Source: a virus (lineage: Duplodnaviria; Caudoviricetes). Taken from it: 55,381 bases of DNA. Below the pieces are notes generated by a model that made no database searches, was not told the origin of the DNA, and saw nothing but the letters and a program-made list of their open reading frames with translations. The position numbers were made by a program, and so were the translations under genes. Below are positions 7,283-18,400 of the stretch, piece by piece (position 1 is the first letter of the stretch; every line of letters begins with the position of its first letter). The DNA lies in IMG/VR virus record IMGVR_UViG_3300044644_001874, positions 1 to 55,381 of that record; one strand, given 5' to 3'.

Positions 7283-10266
7283 TAACCGTTACAATTTATA
7301 CTTATATTTATTCCCGAGTTTAATGAAAGTGTTTCACCAATATTTCTTTCAGTACAAGTAAGACTTGTAATTGTTAATATGTTACCGTTTAAGAAAAATG
7401 TGAACCCATAATCATATAGTTGTGGAAGATATTGTATCAATGCATTTCTCCACATTGTATTAGTTGGGACATCAGTCAAACCATATCCAACATAAAACAA
7501 CTCTTTAATTATAACATCCCCACCAATTCTCAAATCAACATACCAAGTACTTTGAACTGAGTTTTGTATACAATCATTCAATGTTAACCCACTTTGGGCT
7601 AACATATTGTTAACTCTATTGGATAATATACTACTAAAATTACTAACATCAACATCTCCGTTTAACCAAGGAAATATATTAAAATCGGTGTATTCTGTAG
7701 TACAGGTATAATCAAATATACTTGAAATAATGAAACATGGATCGACAGGTACTGGTATAAATCGACATCCTCTTTGTCTTCTATAAACAAACTTCTGTCT
7801 TTGGAATATTGAATTCTCCATCCTAACTCCTGTATTCCATATTGTTGTTGCCGGAATCATTTGTTCCACTAACTTCATCCAATATGGGCCAATACCATTG
7901 ACGTAGTCAATTAATTTTTGATAGGTGTATTTGTTATTGGGTAATCCAACCGTGCTTTCCGATTCAATATATTTCCAAAAGATTGATTGTAAGATGGGAT
8001 ATCCACCTGTTTTACCATCTGTAATATATTGACGGTTTCTTACGTTAATCATATTCTCCCAAAAAGTTTGAGAAAATTCAAAAAACGTTTTCTTTTTTGG
8101 CTGTGGATTTATAAAAGTAGAATCAACTCCTCCAGGTACTGGATAACCAACTGTTAATCCTGATTCAGGTATCGGATAGTCATATCTTCTTGATTCTTCC
8201 CAAACATCATAAACTAAACCTTGTGCTGGATTCAAGAAAAGGTCTACGTTTTTAACATTCAATACTAACTTTTCATTATCAACAAAATAATAGGCATTAT
8301 AATCCGCACTATTTGAAATTCTAATTCTGTCGTCTTCTTCCAACCATGATTTATTATTATCAACCACTTTCTTAAGTTTGAACCCTTCAGTCATATATGG
8401 AAAATCTCTGAATCTATTAAGATATGGTTGTCCATAAGTGAAAGGAGTTAATTGTGATTGTATGTTAAAATTTTGACCAGTGAATACCTGACCTGTTACA
8501 ACTACCTCATCAGGACTTCTATGCGAAGGTGTTGATTCATACCATCCAGATCCTATCTGAAAGAAATAACTTTCAGTATTTTCAGGAGCTTTAGGAAACC
8601 CTTCTAAATCAACAGGGTAATCCTCCAATCTGGTGTTTACATCTTGATATGTTGCAGTTGAAGTGAACGCACTAAATGTTTGACCCTTTATCTTATAAGT
8701 TGAACCTGGAATAAAACTTGGAGTATTTTCAACATAAGTACCACCTGAAATAGCCGCCCATTGAATACCAAATTGATCCATGTTTATTTTTTGGTCAGCC
8801 AAATAGATATGTTCATTGAATTCAATTAAAGAATCGGGAGCTCCGATTAATCTTAACATAAATTCAACTGAACGTCTAGTTCCCTTAGATTTGAATAAGT
8901 AAGATGCGTTAAGAATAAGATTACGGTAGAATGCATAATTCAATTCCGTAGGTGTTAGTGCCCTAGCATAACCAGGATAGGTTGGTGTTGATGTATTTCC
9001 GAATACAGAACTTAAAAAGTCCTCATTAGTAATTGGCGAGAAATTAGAACTCCATCCAAGTGTTTGTGCCAAATTCACTAAAAGTTGTGATGGAATATCA
9101 TTAGAAGGATTGTAACTAACAGAGTTCATGTATGCCAAGGCATCTATGAATTGTTTGATTTGGTCAAAACTTCTACCATAAATTTGAAATATCTTTTCAA
9201 CTTTTTGTCCTAATGTATCAAATTCCTTCAAAGAATCTGTAACCAAAAATCTTGAGATTAAATTTGTTTTGAAGGAATCCAAATTAATCGCAATTTCCTC
9301 AAGTTGGCTCAAGTAATTCTCAAACAAAAATGACCTAATATCCAAATTCCACGGCCCATCTTTAGGCCATGTTACTTGTTGAAAATTAGTATAAAATTGT
9401 CCGGCTTCATTTTGTTGTGGCACTTGAAATACCGCAGTATACTCCGGTCTTATAAGTCGGTTTAATAAAAATTTTTGTACCTCATCAAAATCTTCAGCAA
9501 AAATTCTATCAACAACAAAATCATTTGGCCTTATTTGAAATTCTTCGTTAGATGTAGTTGCTGTCACCCCAAATGGTGAACCTGAAACAATGAATTCGAT
9601 GAATCCTGTTGTCAGTGTTTGTGATGGAGTAAATGAAACAATATTAAAAATATTGTCATTGATTGACACACAATAATCCAAATAAGTATTATACAAATTT
9701 CTATACGGAGAAACGGTTATTTCTCTTACAGATAAATTTGTTGCAGCACTTAAAGAATAATCAATATCGAATGGATTATTAATTCTACTTACATTAATAC
9801 GGAATGATGTTTCATTCAATACGGAATCATAAGATATATTAGTAGCAGTCGAACCTGTTATAAAATTATCATTGTTGAATACTATATCTAATGAAGCCGG
9901 AAATCTATGTATAATTTCAGTAATAGATACTTGAAATCTTTTACTTAAAGATCCATACATAGAAAAGTTTAGAACTTGAGACACATCATAGTTCGGATAT
10001 ACTCTGAACTGTGTCGCCATAATTCTTCTACTCTCATTAACGTCACCAATATTCAATCCCTCCAAACTTATAGGTTCAGAGAAAGCCCCAACATTAAAGG
10101 TTCTATTAACTTTTTCAGTAACCGAAGTTGTAAACTCAAAGTTACCTTGCGTGAGTCCTCCCCCTTCAACTGTTTGTAATCCTACAATATTGTCAGAGAA
10201 GGTCGCAGCACCACTACCGGGTCGTGGCGGATAAAAAAATTTAGTAGTACCTTGAGTCGTAGCCAT
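7282..10266 (-). CDS. Baseplate wedge protein (T4 gp7 / P2 gpI-like)
   Basis: Motifs LLVNLAQTLGW and YLFKSKGTRRSVEFMLRLIG are typical of the gpI/gp7 wedge family; TAATG coupling to both neighbours. Confidence 0.65.
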   Translation of the reverse strand: MATTQGTTKFFYPPRPGSGAATFSDNIVGLQTVEGGGLTQGNFEFTTSVTEKVNRTFNVGAFSEPISLEGLNIGDVNESRRIMATQFRVYPNYDVSQVLNFSMYGSLSKRFQVSITEIIHRFPASLDIVFNNDNFITGSTATNISYDSVLNETSFRINVSRINNPFDIDYSLSAATNLSVREITVSPYRNLYNTYLDYCVSINDNIFNIVSFTPSQTLTTGFIEFIVSGSPFGVTATTSNEEFQIRPNDFVVDRIFAEDFDEVQKFLLNRLIRPEYTAVFQVPQQNEAGQFYTNFQQVTWPKDGPWNLDIRSFLFENYLSQLEEIAINLDSFKTNLISRFLVTDSLKEFDTLGQKVEKIFQIYGRSFDQIKQFIDALAYMNSVSYNPSNDIPSQLLVNLAQTLGWSSNFSPITNEDFLSSVFGNTSTPTYPGYARALTPTELNYAFYRNLILNASYLFKSKGTRRSVEFMLRLIGAPDSLIEFNEHIYLADQKINMDQFGIQWAAISGGTYVENTPSFIPGSTYKIKGQTFSAFTSTATYQDVNTRLEDYPVDLEGFPKAPENTESYFFQIGSGWYESTPSHRSPDEVVVTGQVFTGQNFNIQSQLTPFTYGQPYLNRFRDFPYMTEGFKLKKVVDNNKSWLEEDDRIRISNSADYNAYYFVDNEKLVLNVKNVDLFLNPAQGLVYDVWEESRRYDYPIPESGLTVGYPVPGGVDSTFINPQPKKKTFFEFSQTFWENMINVRNRQYITDGKTGGYPILQSIFWKYIESESTVGLPNNKYTYQKLIDYVNGIGPYWMKLVEQMIPATTIWNTGVRMENSIFQRQKFVYRRQRGCRFIPVPVDPCFIISSIFDYTCTTEYTDFNIFPWLNGDVDVSNFSSILSNRVNNMLAQSGLTLNDCIQNSVQSTWYVDLRIGGDVIIKELFYVGYGLTDVPTNTMWRNALIQYLPQLYDYGFTFFLNGNILTITSLTCTERNIGETLSLNSGINISINCNG

Positions 10267-11174
10267 TAACTAGTTATATTTGTAAAGTTTTTACTGAAAT
10301 CAATATTATTACCTCTGCTTTGTCTAACCTCATAAAGAAGAGCATTAAATTGGTCTCTAATTTCGTATAGGTTGTACTGTCTGTATATGTTATCATTAGC
10401 ATCGTAGATAGTGTAGATACCATCATCGATAGATTTGGTTTGATTACCATATAGAGCAATAGCAAGAGAAGAAATATCGTACTCAACCATTTCAATCTCT
10501 ACAGATACAGGATTGAAAAAGGTATTAGTGATTATAATATTTTGGTCAGGCTGTCCAATGTACGGAGTTGCATTTGGTTTGTTTGTTGGTGATGATGACG
10601 GTGATAGTGTTAGAAATATTAGATTTGAATCTCCATCAACATATCTATATCTTATCGCCTTTTGTGTCGTGTTAACCTCATTTGTTACAACAGGCTCACA
10701 AAAGAAACTTGATGTAACAACTCTGAAGAAATTAGGTATTTTAGAACCATCAGGATTAAGATATTCAACTCTGAATCCGACTAATCCTTGAGGTACAAAT
10801 TTGTTTTGATATTGTGTAGGAACATTAGAAATGTCAATAATAATACCTTTGACGTTAGGTAACGCACTTAAAACACCACAATCACTAATTACCGTTCTGA
10901 TTTCCGCAGGTCTTATATATAATGTGTAAATTCCCAACGCATTGAATTGATTTGCGGGTAATGTTAAATTGTAAAGTCCCCCCAATACTTCAACACCAGC
11001 GTTTCCTCCTGTTTCAGAGTTTGCGAAGTAGGGTCTCAATATAGTTTGAGCGTCCAACTTTGTTAAAACAAATTGGTCTGTAACGTCCCTTGTGGGCGTA
11101 AAATTAAGAATTATCTCTACATCAGCGGGACTAACGTCTGATGGTCTTATTGTTCCATAGCTCCCAATTGCCAT
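10266..11174 (-). CDS. Hypothetical virion/baseplate protein (302 aa)
   Basis: Intact beta-rich ORF inside the coupled structural operon. Confidence 0.6.
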   Translation of the reverse strand: MAIGSYGTIRPSDVSPADVEIILNFTPTRDVTDQFVLTKLDAQTILRPYFANSETGGNAGVEVLGGLYNLTLPANQFNALGIYTLYIRPAEIRTVISDCGVLSALPNVKGIIIDISNVPTQYQNKFVPQGLVGFRVEYLNPDGSKIPNFFRVVTSSFFCEPVVTNEVNTTQKAIRYRYVDGDSNLIFLTLSPSSSPTNKPNATPYIGQPDQNIIITNTFFNPVSVEIEMVEYDISSLAIALYGNQTKSIDDGIYTIYDANDNIYRQYNLYEIRDQFNALLYEVRQSRGNNIDFSKNFTNITS

Positions 11175-11176
11175 TA

Positions 11177-11821
11177 TTATGTCGCTTGTTTAATTAATTT
11201 ATTTCCTTTTCTTAAGTTATCTTCAGCCCACAAAGGTTGAAGATTGGTATAATGACACAATTTATAAATTTCATCTTCTGTTTTTGCAGAGGATAAAGGT
11301 ATAATGTGGTCAATATGCCATTCCCCATAATTACCCCAAGACATCCCTTGAAAAAATTGTTTTTCGAGGTGTTCTTTCAATTCTTTCGGAGTAATGCCGA
11401 CCAAATCGAAAGTTTTATTTGACTTAATTATACTCTTATTTTTCAAAAATTTGTTCAATCTCTTTCTAACATTAAAAGCCAATTTGAATAATGGTTCGTT
11501 TTTTCTTCTATCCACCATATATTGGTTATATTTTTCAGTGTTTTTACTTCTCCACTTCAAAGTGTATTGAACTGCCTTTTCTCTATTTTCCTCATTCCAT
11601 TTTTTTAATGTGGAATCACGTTTATCTTTGTTTTTTATAGACCATTTTTTTTGATATTCAGGATTATCCTTATATCTTTTTTTACTATATTCACGATATT
11701 TTTCTGAATTATTCAAATATTTAATTCTATCGTATTCCTTTGTACACAGTTTACAGGATCCTCTACCTTTATTAAAATCTTCGAATGGTTTTTCAATATT
11801 ACATTTACTACAAACTTTCAT
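11177..11821 (-). mobile_element. Free-standing HNH homing endonuclease with N-terminal Zn finger
   Basis: N-terminal CSKC...CKLC, a Lys-rich helical linker, and C-terminal WGNYGEWHIDHIIPLS...CHYTNLQPLWAEDNLRKGNK. Its composition differs from the flanking structural genes. Confidence 0.85.
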
Positions 11822-11848
11822 CTTCTATAAATACTTTATTTCCTTTTT

Positions 11849-12943
11849 TCAATTAGTACTTTCTTTATTAACTACGTTAAAGAATCCATATCCATAGTTA
11901 ATCATATCTCCCAAATTGTCAACCTCACCCAATCTCATAACTCTTTCATAAGCACTATTTTTTCCTCTTTCAACAAATACGTTGGTTTGTATTTGTGCTT
12001 GGTCAATTACTTTTAGAAGAACTTCTTCTTTAGTAATAGGTTGTGCCGTCAAATTATTTGAAGTTAGTCCAGATGATTGTTGGAAAAATATTGTAGTCCC
12101 ATCATTATAATCATAGTAATGAACTCCAGTAATTGTATAGGCAGTGTACACAGGATTTATATCTGATATTGCCCCCCATATTTGTCCATTACTGATTACA
12201 GGAACTCCAACTCGGAATTTTGGACTACCGTACAATGCCAGTTCATTTATTCTCGATCTGGTATTACCCGAAACTGTAAATGGAACCGTGACATAATTAT
12301 TTGATGTTTGTGCCGAAACTACATTCACAGCATCTCCTGAAAAAATATAGTTATATGATACAGGAGTATTAATCCAGTTACCAGCACTAGGTATGAAAAA
12401 AGATTCACCATTTGGGTTGTAAATAACAACATCAGTGAAAGGTACGTTGATTTTCTTAGAAACTTTTGTCACACCCCACGGATTTGTTTGTTCCAATGTT
12501 ATGGTATATTGTTTAATTGCCGTTGGGTAAGTATGACTTATTGAATTAGGGGTATAACTTGTTATTGTTTGTTTTGGACTACCGTCCCCCCAATCTACTT
12601 TATACGCAGATAGTTCCAAAAACTTTTGAAATTCATCAGAAGTATTGTAAATATTCCAAACGTATGGACTATTTGTAGTTGATGAAAATATAAAATTGGT
12701 AACTACATCTTTTTGTAGTACCGCTCCATCGAATGGACTATAGTATCCCGCATCAACCGCAGTTTGTCTTAATAATATAGGCACCGATAAATTGGTTAAC
12801 AAAGAAGTACCACTAGGCCCCGAACTAACAACTTGTGTCATAGCAGAATAAACCCCAACAGGAGTACCACTGTAATTTACAACGGATAAATCCCTGGCAA
12901 CATTCTCAGGTGAGACAATAAATCTATAAGTATCCTGTGACAT
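11849..12943 (-). CDS. Structural protein with PKD-like domain
   Basis: YKVDWGDGSP...SHTYPTA..YTITLE matches the PKD signature (WDFGDG...HTY...Y.V.L). Confidence 0.65.
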   Translation of the reverse strand: MSQDTYRFIVSPENVARDLSVVNYSGTPVGVYSAMTQVVSSGPSGTSLLTNLSVPILLRQTAVDAGYYSPFDGAVLQKDVVTNFIFSSTTNSPYVWNIYNTSDEFQKFLELSAYKVDWGDGSPKQTITSYTPNSISHTYPTAIKQYTITLEQTNPWGVTKVSKKINVPFTDVVIYNPNGESFFIPSAGNWINTPVSYNYIFSGDAVNVVSAQTSNNYVTVPFTVSGNTRSRINELALYGSPKFRVGVPVISNGQIWGAISDINPVYTAYTITGVHYYDYNDGTTIFFQQSSGLTSNNLTAQPITKEEVLLKVIDQAQIQTNVFVERGKNSAYERVMRLGEVDNLGDMINYGYGFFNVVNKESTN

Positions 12944-13773
12944 TATTGTGGAGGGTTTACATATTCATACCATTTTATGGGAATGTTGGTTCCCAACCTT
13001 TGTCCACTCGTATTTAACACTTGGTAAGTTTGTGTTTCATAATCAAGTTTAACCGTATAATATAAAAATTGTGTGTTATCAAAAGCATATTTATTTCCTG
13101 TCAAATAAACCTGAGGGCCATTTGTCAAGTCCAATGGATTTGTGCCTCTACCTGTCATCATTCTTGTGAATTGTCCAGTTTTAGCATTGAAAAACTTTGC
13201 AGACATATAGAATGTATTGATATTAAGAAAATTTCTTTTCTTTAACCAATAGATAAAAAACCCTTCTTTATCTCCAACATAATCCAAAATAAACTGTGGT
13301 TTTCTAATATTAACCATAGTTCTCTGCATTTGAGTTTCCATCATTAATCCTTGTTGAGTTGGCAATATTATCGTAAGATAATTTGTTTGTTGTTTCTCAT
13401 CAGGAGTATCGTAAAAATCCAACTTGAAAAATGAATTGGAAAATACGTTATCATAATAATATACTTCTTGTGGTGTAAATCCTTCACTTAAATAATTGAT
13501 TCTCCAATTACTCAGGTCATTCAGAGACCCTCCAGAATAAAAATAAAATTCATAATTGATTAATGTATCATTCGTAGTTCCTGTAGCAGGTGCGTGAGCA
13601 AATCTTGAAACCTCAAAATCTCTACCGTCACCAATGACTTCTTTAATTACTTTGGTTTCATACTCATCAATAGCCAAGTCCAATCCCAAATAATCCCACT
13701 TGAGTTCTACAGGTATGTTGATTTGTTTGTCAACACCAACATCTTGTCTAATTACAAATCTATTCACACTCAT
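12943..13773 (-). CDS. Hypothetical structural protein (276 aa)
   Basis: Intact aromatic-rich ORF overlapping both neighbours. Confidence 0.6.
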   Translation of the reverse strand: MSVNRFVIRQDVGVDKQINIPVELKWDYLGLDLAIDEYETKVIKEVIGDGRDFEVSRFAHAPATGTTNDTLINYEFYFYSGGSLNDLSNWRINYLSEGFTPQEVYYYDNVFSNSFFKLDFYDTPDEKQQTNYLTIILPTQQGLMMETQMQRTMVNIRKPQFILDYVGDKEGFFIYWLKKRNFLNINTFYMSAKFFNAKTGQFTRMMTGRGTNPLDLTNGPQVYLTGNKYAFDNTQFLYYTVKLDYETQTYQVLNTSGQRLGTNIPIKWYEYVNPPQ

Positions 13774-15457
13774 CTATTAGTGGTTTTATTGCGAAGTCAA
13801 ATCCGTCAAGATTATCGTTATAATTTATTCCTTCAGGAATCAATCTAAAAATCGCCTGAGTATAAGGATAATGGGCTGAGTTTAAGTAAGGATAATCTAC
13901 ACCACGTCCCAAGTTGTCTATAAACCCATAGGTATAAATATCCCTCCATCGAAACTCTTGGTCGGTAGTTGAATAAAATGCCCAACTCGGAACATTGTCA
14001 ATTTCCCCAAGTTCCGCAGTTTCAATATAATCCGAAAACACTTTCAATACCATTGAGTTATGGGGTTTATAATAATAACCTGGTGAGTTCGTAGAAAAAT
14101 TGTTTGTTGTTTGGAATACCGTTTGATTGAACTTTATCTTATGGTAATATGGTGATACAACACGTTCAACTTGTTCATAGTCATTCCACTCACAGAAATC
14201 ACCGTCCATTATATCACCAGGTTTCAAATCTAAATTATAATTAAATGTTTTTGTCGCACCATTGGTGAGAGTATATGCTGAAACAGGTATGTTTGTATTT
14301 GACCTTTGATTATTCAAATCCCACCAAGGAGTTGGAGTTTTTGCCAAATTGAACCCCCACCCTTGTTTCAATCCAACACTATTGAATGGTTGATTAAAAT
14401 ATCCTGAATATCCTTTATTAACTATTGTTAAACTAATTTCATTCAATGGTCTTTTTTGATTATCCAACAAACCCGCAAAGTTCAAGTCATAGTTAGATGT
14501 TACGTCATAAGTGTTACTACTTGTCTTTTGAGATATTCTTGTAACATTGTTTGGTGTTATCGAACTATATTCAAGTTTCCTCTCTTCACCAAACACATTT
14601 TTTTCAAATCCCGCCTTAGTAATTGCAAGGTCAGTAAGGTTAGTTAAGACCTTATATTTCTTAACATAATATTTAGATCTTGTTTCTGTTAAGTTGTCGG
14701 GATTAATAACTCTTCTAAATGTTCCAATTGTCCCGTTATTAAATGTAGAACCTGTAAATCCAATATTAAATAAGTTGAACACATGTTTGTCACTTCCATA
14801 TAATCCATTACCAATAGAATAAACTTGGAATATGTTAGACCCACGATAGGTTAACGATAATTCCACATATTGTCCTATCGTCAAACCATGAGGGGCAATA
14901 CAAATAAAAGAAACCAAACCATTACCATTCTGAGTATTATTTACGATTGAGAATGGTATTCCACTTGAAGCAATCCAATTCACATCATTGTTACTCGTGG
15001 AGTAATATGTTAGTTGTCTATCACTATCATTTTCATAAGGGTAGGTCAAATAGTACATCCAGTTATATGTGTAAGCACTCTTTGCTTTGTATTGAAAATG
15101 ACTATCTCCTATATTAGGTCTATAAAAATCGAATTCATAATATTGCGGAAATCCTCTCCATATTCCACTTTGTTTTGAATTTGCTGGATCACTATAGTAT
15201 AAATTATATTGGAAAGGTAAATAAGTTGTAGTACCTGTATAGGTGTTATCATACAAGTATGTTATCTTAAATGTTGGTCTAAATATTGTACTTTCTTGTC
15301 TTTCATCGTCATAAATCTGAGCAAGATTTAACGTAGATGTCCTATCGTACTCAGTGAGTTCTTGACTTTGCTCTTGAAGAGTCAAAGATATTTCCTCGTC
15401 TAATGAAGGAGCACCCTTATATCTAAGTCCACTTGGTATTATCGTATACTTATTCAT
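13760..15457 (-). CDS. Hypothetical structural/baseplate protein (565 aa)
   Basis: Intact ORF overlapping both neighbours in the tail operon. Confidence 0.6.
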   Translation of the reverse strand: MNKYTIIPSGLRYKGAPSLDEEISLTLQEQSQELTEYDRTSTLNLAQIYDDERQESTIFRPTFKITYLYDNTYTGTTTYLPFQYNLYYSDPANSKQSGIWRGFPQYYEFDFYRPNIGDSHFQYKAKSAYTYNWMYYLTYPYENDSDRQLTYYSTSNNDVNWIASSGIPFSIVNNTQNGNGLVSFICIAPHGLTIGQYVELSLTYRGSNIFQVYSIGNGLYGSDKHVFNLFNIGFTGSTFNNGTIGTFRRVINPDNLTETRSKYYVKKYKVLTNLTDLAITKAGFEKNVFGEERKLEYSSITPNNVTRISQKTSSNTYDVTSNYDLNFAGLLDNQKRPLNEISLTIVNKGYSGYFNQPFNSVGLKQGWGFNLAKTPTPWWDLNNQRSNTNIPVSAYTLTNGATKTFNYNLDLKPGDIMDGDFCEWNDYEQVERVVSPYYHKIKFNQTVFQTTNNFSTNSPGYYYKPHNSMVLKVFSDYIETAELGEIDNVPSWAFYSTTDQEFRWRDIYTYGFIDNLGRGVDYPYLNSAHYPYTQAIFRLIPEGINYNDNLDGFDFAIKPLIDECE

Positions 15458-18400
15458 CTACAGAATACTTAGTCTTAAATTTATCCAAAGCGGTTTCACC
15501 GACTATGGTTCCAAAATAAAATTGGTAAGGAGCACCTACCACAAATTTTTGTTTCAACGCTCCTGTTGATTTATATTGACCATCTCCAACAGTTCCATCA
15601 ACATTAAAAATATACCCACGTGCGTTCAAGTCATTGGATTCTGAATTGTCACTATAGAAATATGGTGTGTCGGAGGCATACCTATCTAACGATTGGTACC
15701 TAACATTTTGAACAATATCCGATTGTGAAGTTGCCCATGTGTTAAATTGATCTCCAAAAATAAGCTTAGTATTATTCAATTTCCATTGGTAGAAAGGTAC
15801 AACTTGAGATTTAATTCCGTAAGGATATGGATAATACCCAATATCATCAGTACCTCTAAAATTAATTCTACCAGGTGTTAAATAATCTTTGGTTTGTAAA
15901 TCCTCTGTGGTCGATGAAAACCAAACCGCTATTGTAGGATTCTTCGCGGTTCCAAGAATTTGCGTTGGTTGATTTGTTGCACCAGTTAGAACATCATAAT
16001 ACTCAGGTGAAAAATTAATATTACCTATTTCGCTGTTGATAGACATCAGTTGTGCCAAATCTCCATCAATTCTTAATTCCGGTCTTGAAAATAGTTGATT
16101 TATACCGTTATCTCCTAAAGGTATTAATTGCTCTAAGAAATTTTCGTCAGTAATTCTTGACACCACAAACAAATTTACTAAGTCGGAAGTATCTCCATAA
16201 CTTGTAGGATTTATGTTAGGAATAATATATCCTTTTGTTGTTGGGTCAAATGTAATTTCTGAGTAGAATATATCCTTCATACCCATGTTAACTAAAGTGG
16301 TTGGAAACAACAAATTCAATTCATTTACTCTTCCATCATTATTTGTTCGTTTTCCAACAAAGGTGTTTGTAATCTCATTGTAAGGACTACTTCTGTAATA
16401 GAAATTATTACTATCTGTGTTGAAATAAACAACGTCCTTACAATATTCCACTTTACCCACTTTATTTTGTTTATTATAGAAGGTGTCAACTTGTATTGGG
16501 AACATATAAAGAGTTCCATTAACCCAATTATTCATAAATGATTGAGCGAGAACCCCCCTGCACAGTCCATAAAAGAATCTGAATCTATATGCCCATTCAT
16601 TAAAGTTCGAAAGGTCTTTTCCTAAATCAGCTAAGGGTCTTCTTAAAAACAAATAACAACCTTTATACACATTGTCCTTTGTAGTACACTCTTGGTTTAT
16701 CTTGAAATTGTCACCAAATCCTTCATAACAATCTAACCCAACCATATTTTCACAACTAAATGTTGAGAACACAGTTAAATTATTTGGTAGTCCATCAAGA
16801 TCCTCAGTTGGTATCTCAGCTCCCGTTGTATATGATGCCAAATCTAATGGTTGATCAAGGTCAGGAATACTGTAAAAAATAAAATTATTATTTTGTTGAA
16901 GTAATGCCGGATTAGTTTCCCACGAACTACCATTCAATACATCGGATGATGGTAATCTATCAGTCCTCATAACATTGTTATTTTTGGAGGAGATTGGCAT
17001 CGGATTTGCTAATAACCGAGGATACCCGTTTGGTGTAAAATATTGATATCTAACATCATTATAATTGAAATTGACTGCAAATATTGCCGCGAATACCGCC
17101 GCTACTGCCGCTCCAATTAGGAGGATAGTTATTATTGGGAAAAAAGGCGCAAGAGCCACGAATGGTAATAAAGTTGCCCCCACTCCAGCAGATGCTCCCA
17201 AAACTACAACAGATAATGGGTCTAAAGAAAACGCAGTAATATTAGAGAAAATATAAGATGCTCCCGAAACATCTTCAGCCTCATCATATTTAGCAGAATT
17301 TTGATTTGAAGAATAAAAGTCATTGTTGGTTTTACTAACCATAGTAGTGACTCCTCCAATATTTTTAGGACTCAACCTGTTGTTATTAGAAGTAGCATCC
17401 AAACTTCCATAATAACCTACAGTAGATGTCGTAAATCCAGAAAAATCATTTCCAGCCTCAAAGAAATACGATGGATAAAACATACCATTTTGGGTAAATG
17501 GTTGTACTGATATATTAGTTTGAGTTAATTTTTGTATCGGTATATTTAATCTTGTTTGGGCAGTAATCGTTAATCCAGGGTCATCAATATTTTTTCCAAA
17601 TATTCTTCCAAGTCGATATTCATTTGTATATTTTGGAGAATACGGGTCAACCCCCCTTTGTAAAATAAGAATATACTGATTTTCAATATCACTGAAAGCA
17701 TTCAAAGGACTAATAAGAAAATCCTTATCGTTTCTACGATACCCTCTCAACCTTTTTTTAGCTAAAATTAATCGTGATGGTGCGGCTAATACATTTGGAA
17801 AAGTTTCTAATTCCCCTAAATTCCATATTTTAATAGCGTCTGAAACAGTAATTGCCGTTACGACTTGGTAGTATTCTCTGTCTTGTGGATATGATTGTCT
17901 TGTTATGGTGCTTCCCGTTGGTAATGAATATAAAACAGTTTGGTCAGATGTTTGAGTTACAGCATAGTCAACATTAACAGACGTTGCCGCCTGAATTGTA
18001 GTACCGGTAACACCATTAACAACACCATTTTCAGTTTGAGCAGTATATAAAAAGTTTTTATCTGTTGTTGTTGCCGGATTTACAGATGTTAATAATTGAC
18101 CTGAGTCATAAAACTGGTTTGATAAAACTGTAATTGTATTATCAAAGTGGAATTTACCAAAGTTTGAACTCTGAGCAAAAGTAACTTTTATTTTATTCAG
18201 ATTATCAAAATATGATTTTCTAGTATTAAATATATTGATTCGTTCTCCAACAGTTAAACTTTCAGAAAAAGCGAAATGCTTATCTTCATCTGACTCATCA
18301 GATAAAAATCTTACAACAGATGATTTTGGAGTTTTGAAAATATCCAAGTCAGATACTGAGTCGTTATTACCTGCGATTGCTTGTGCAAAAATTGAAGATT

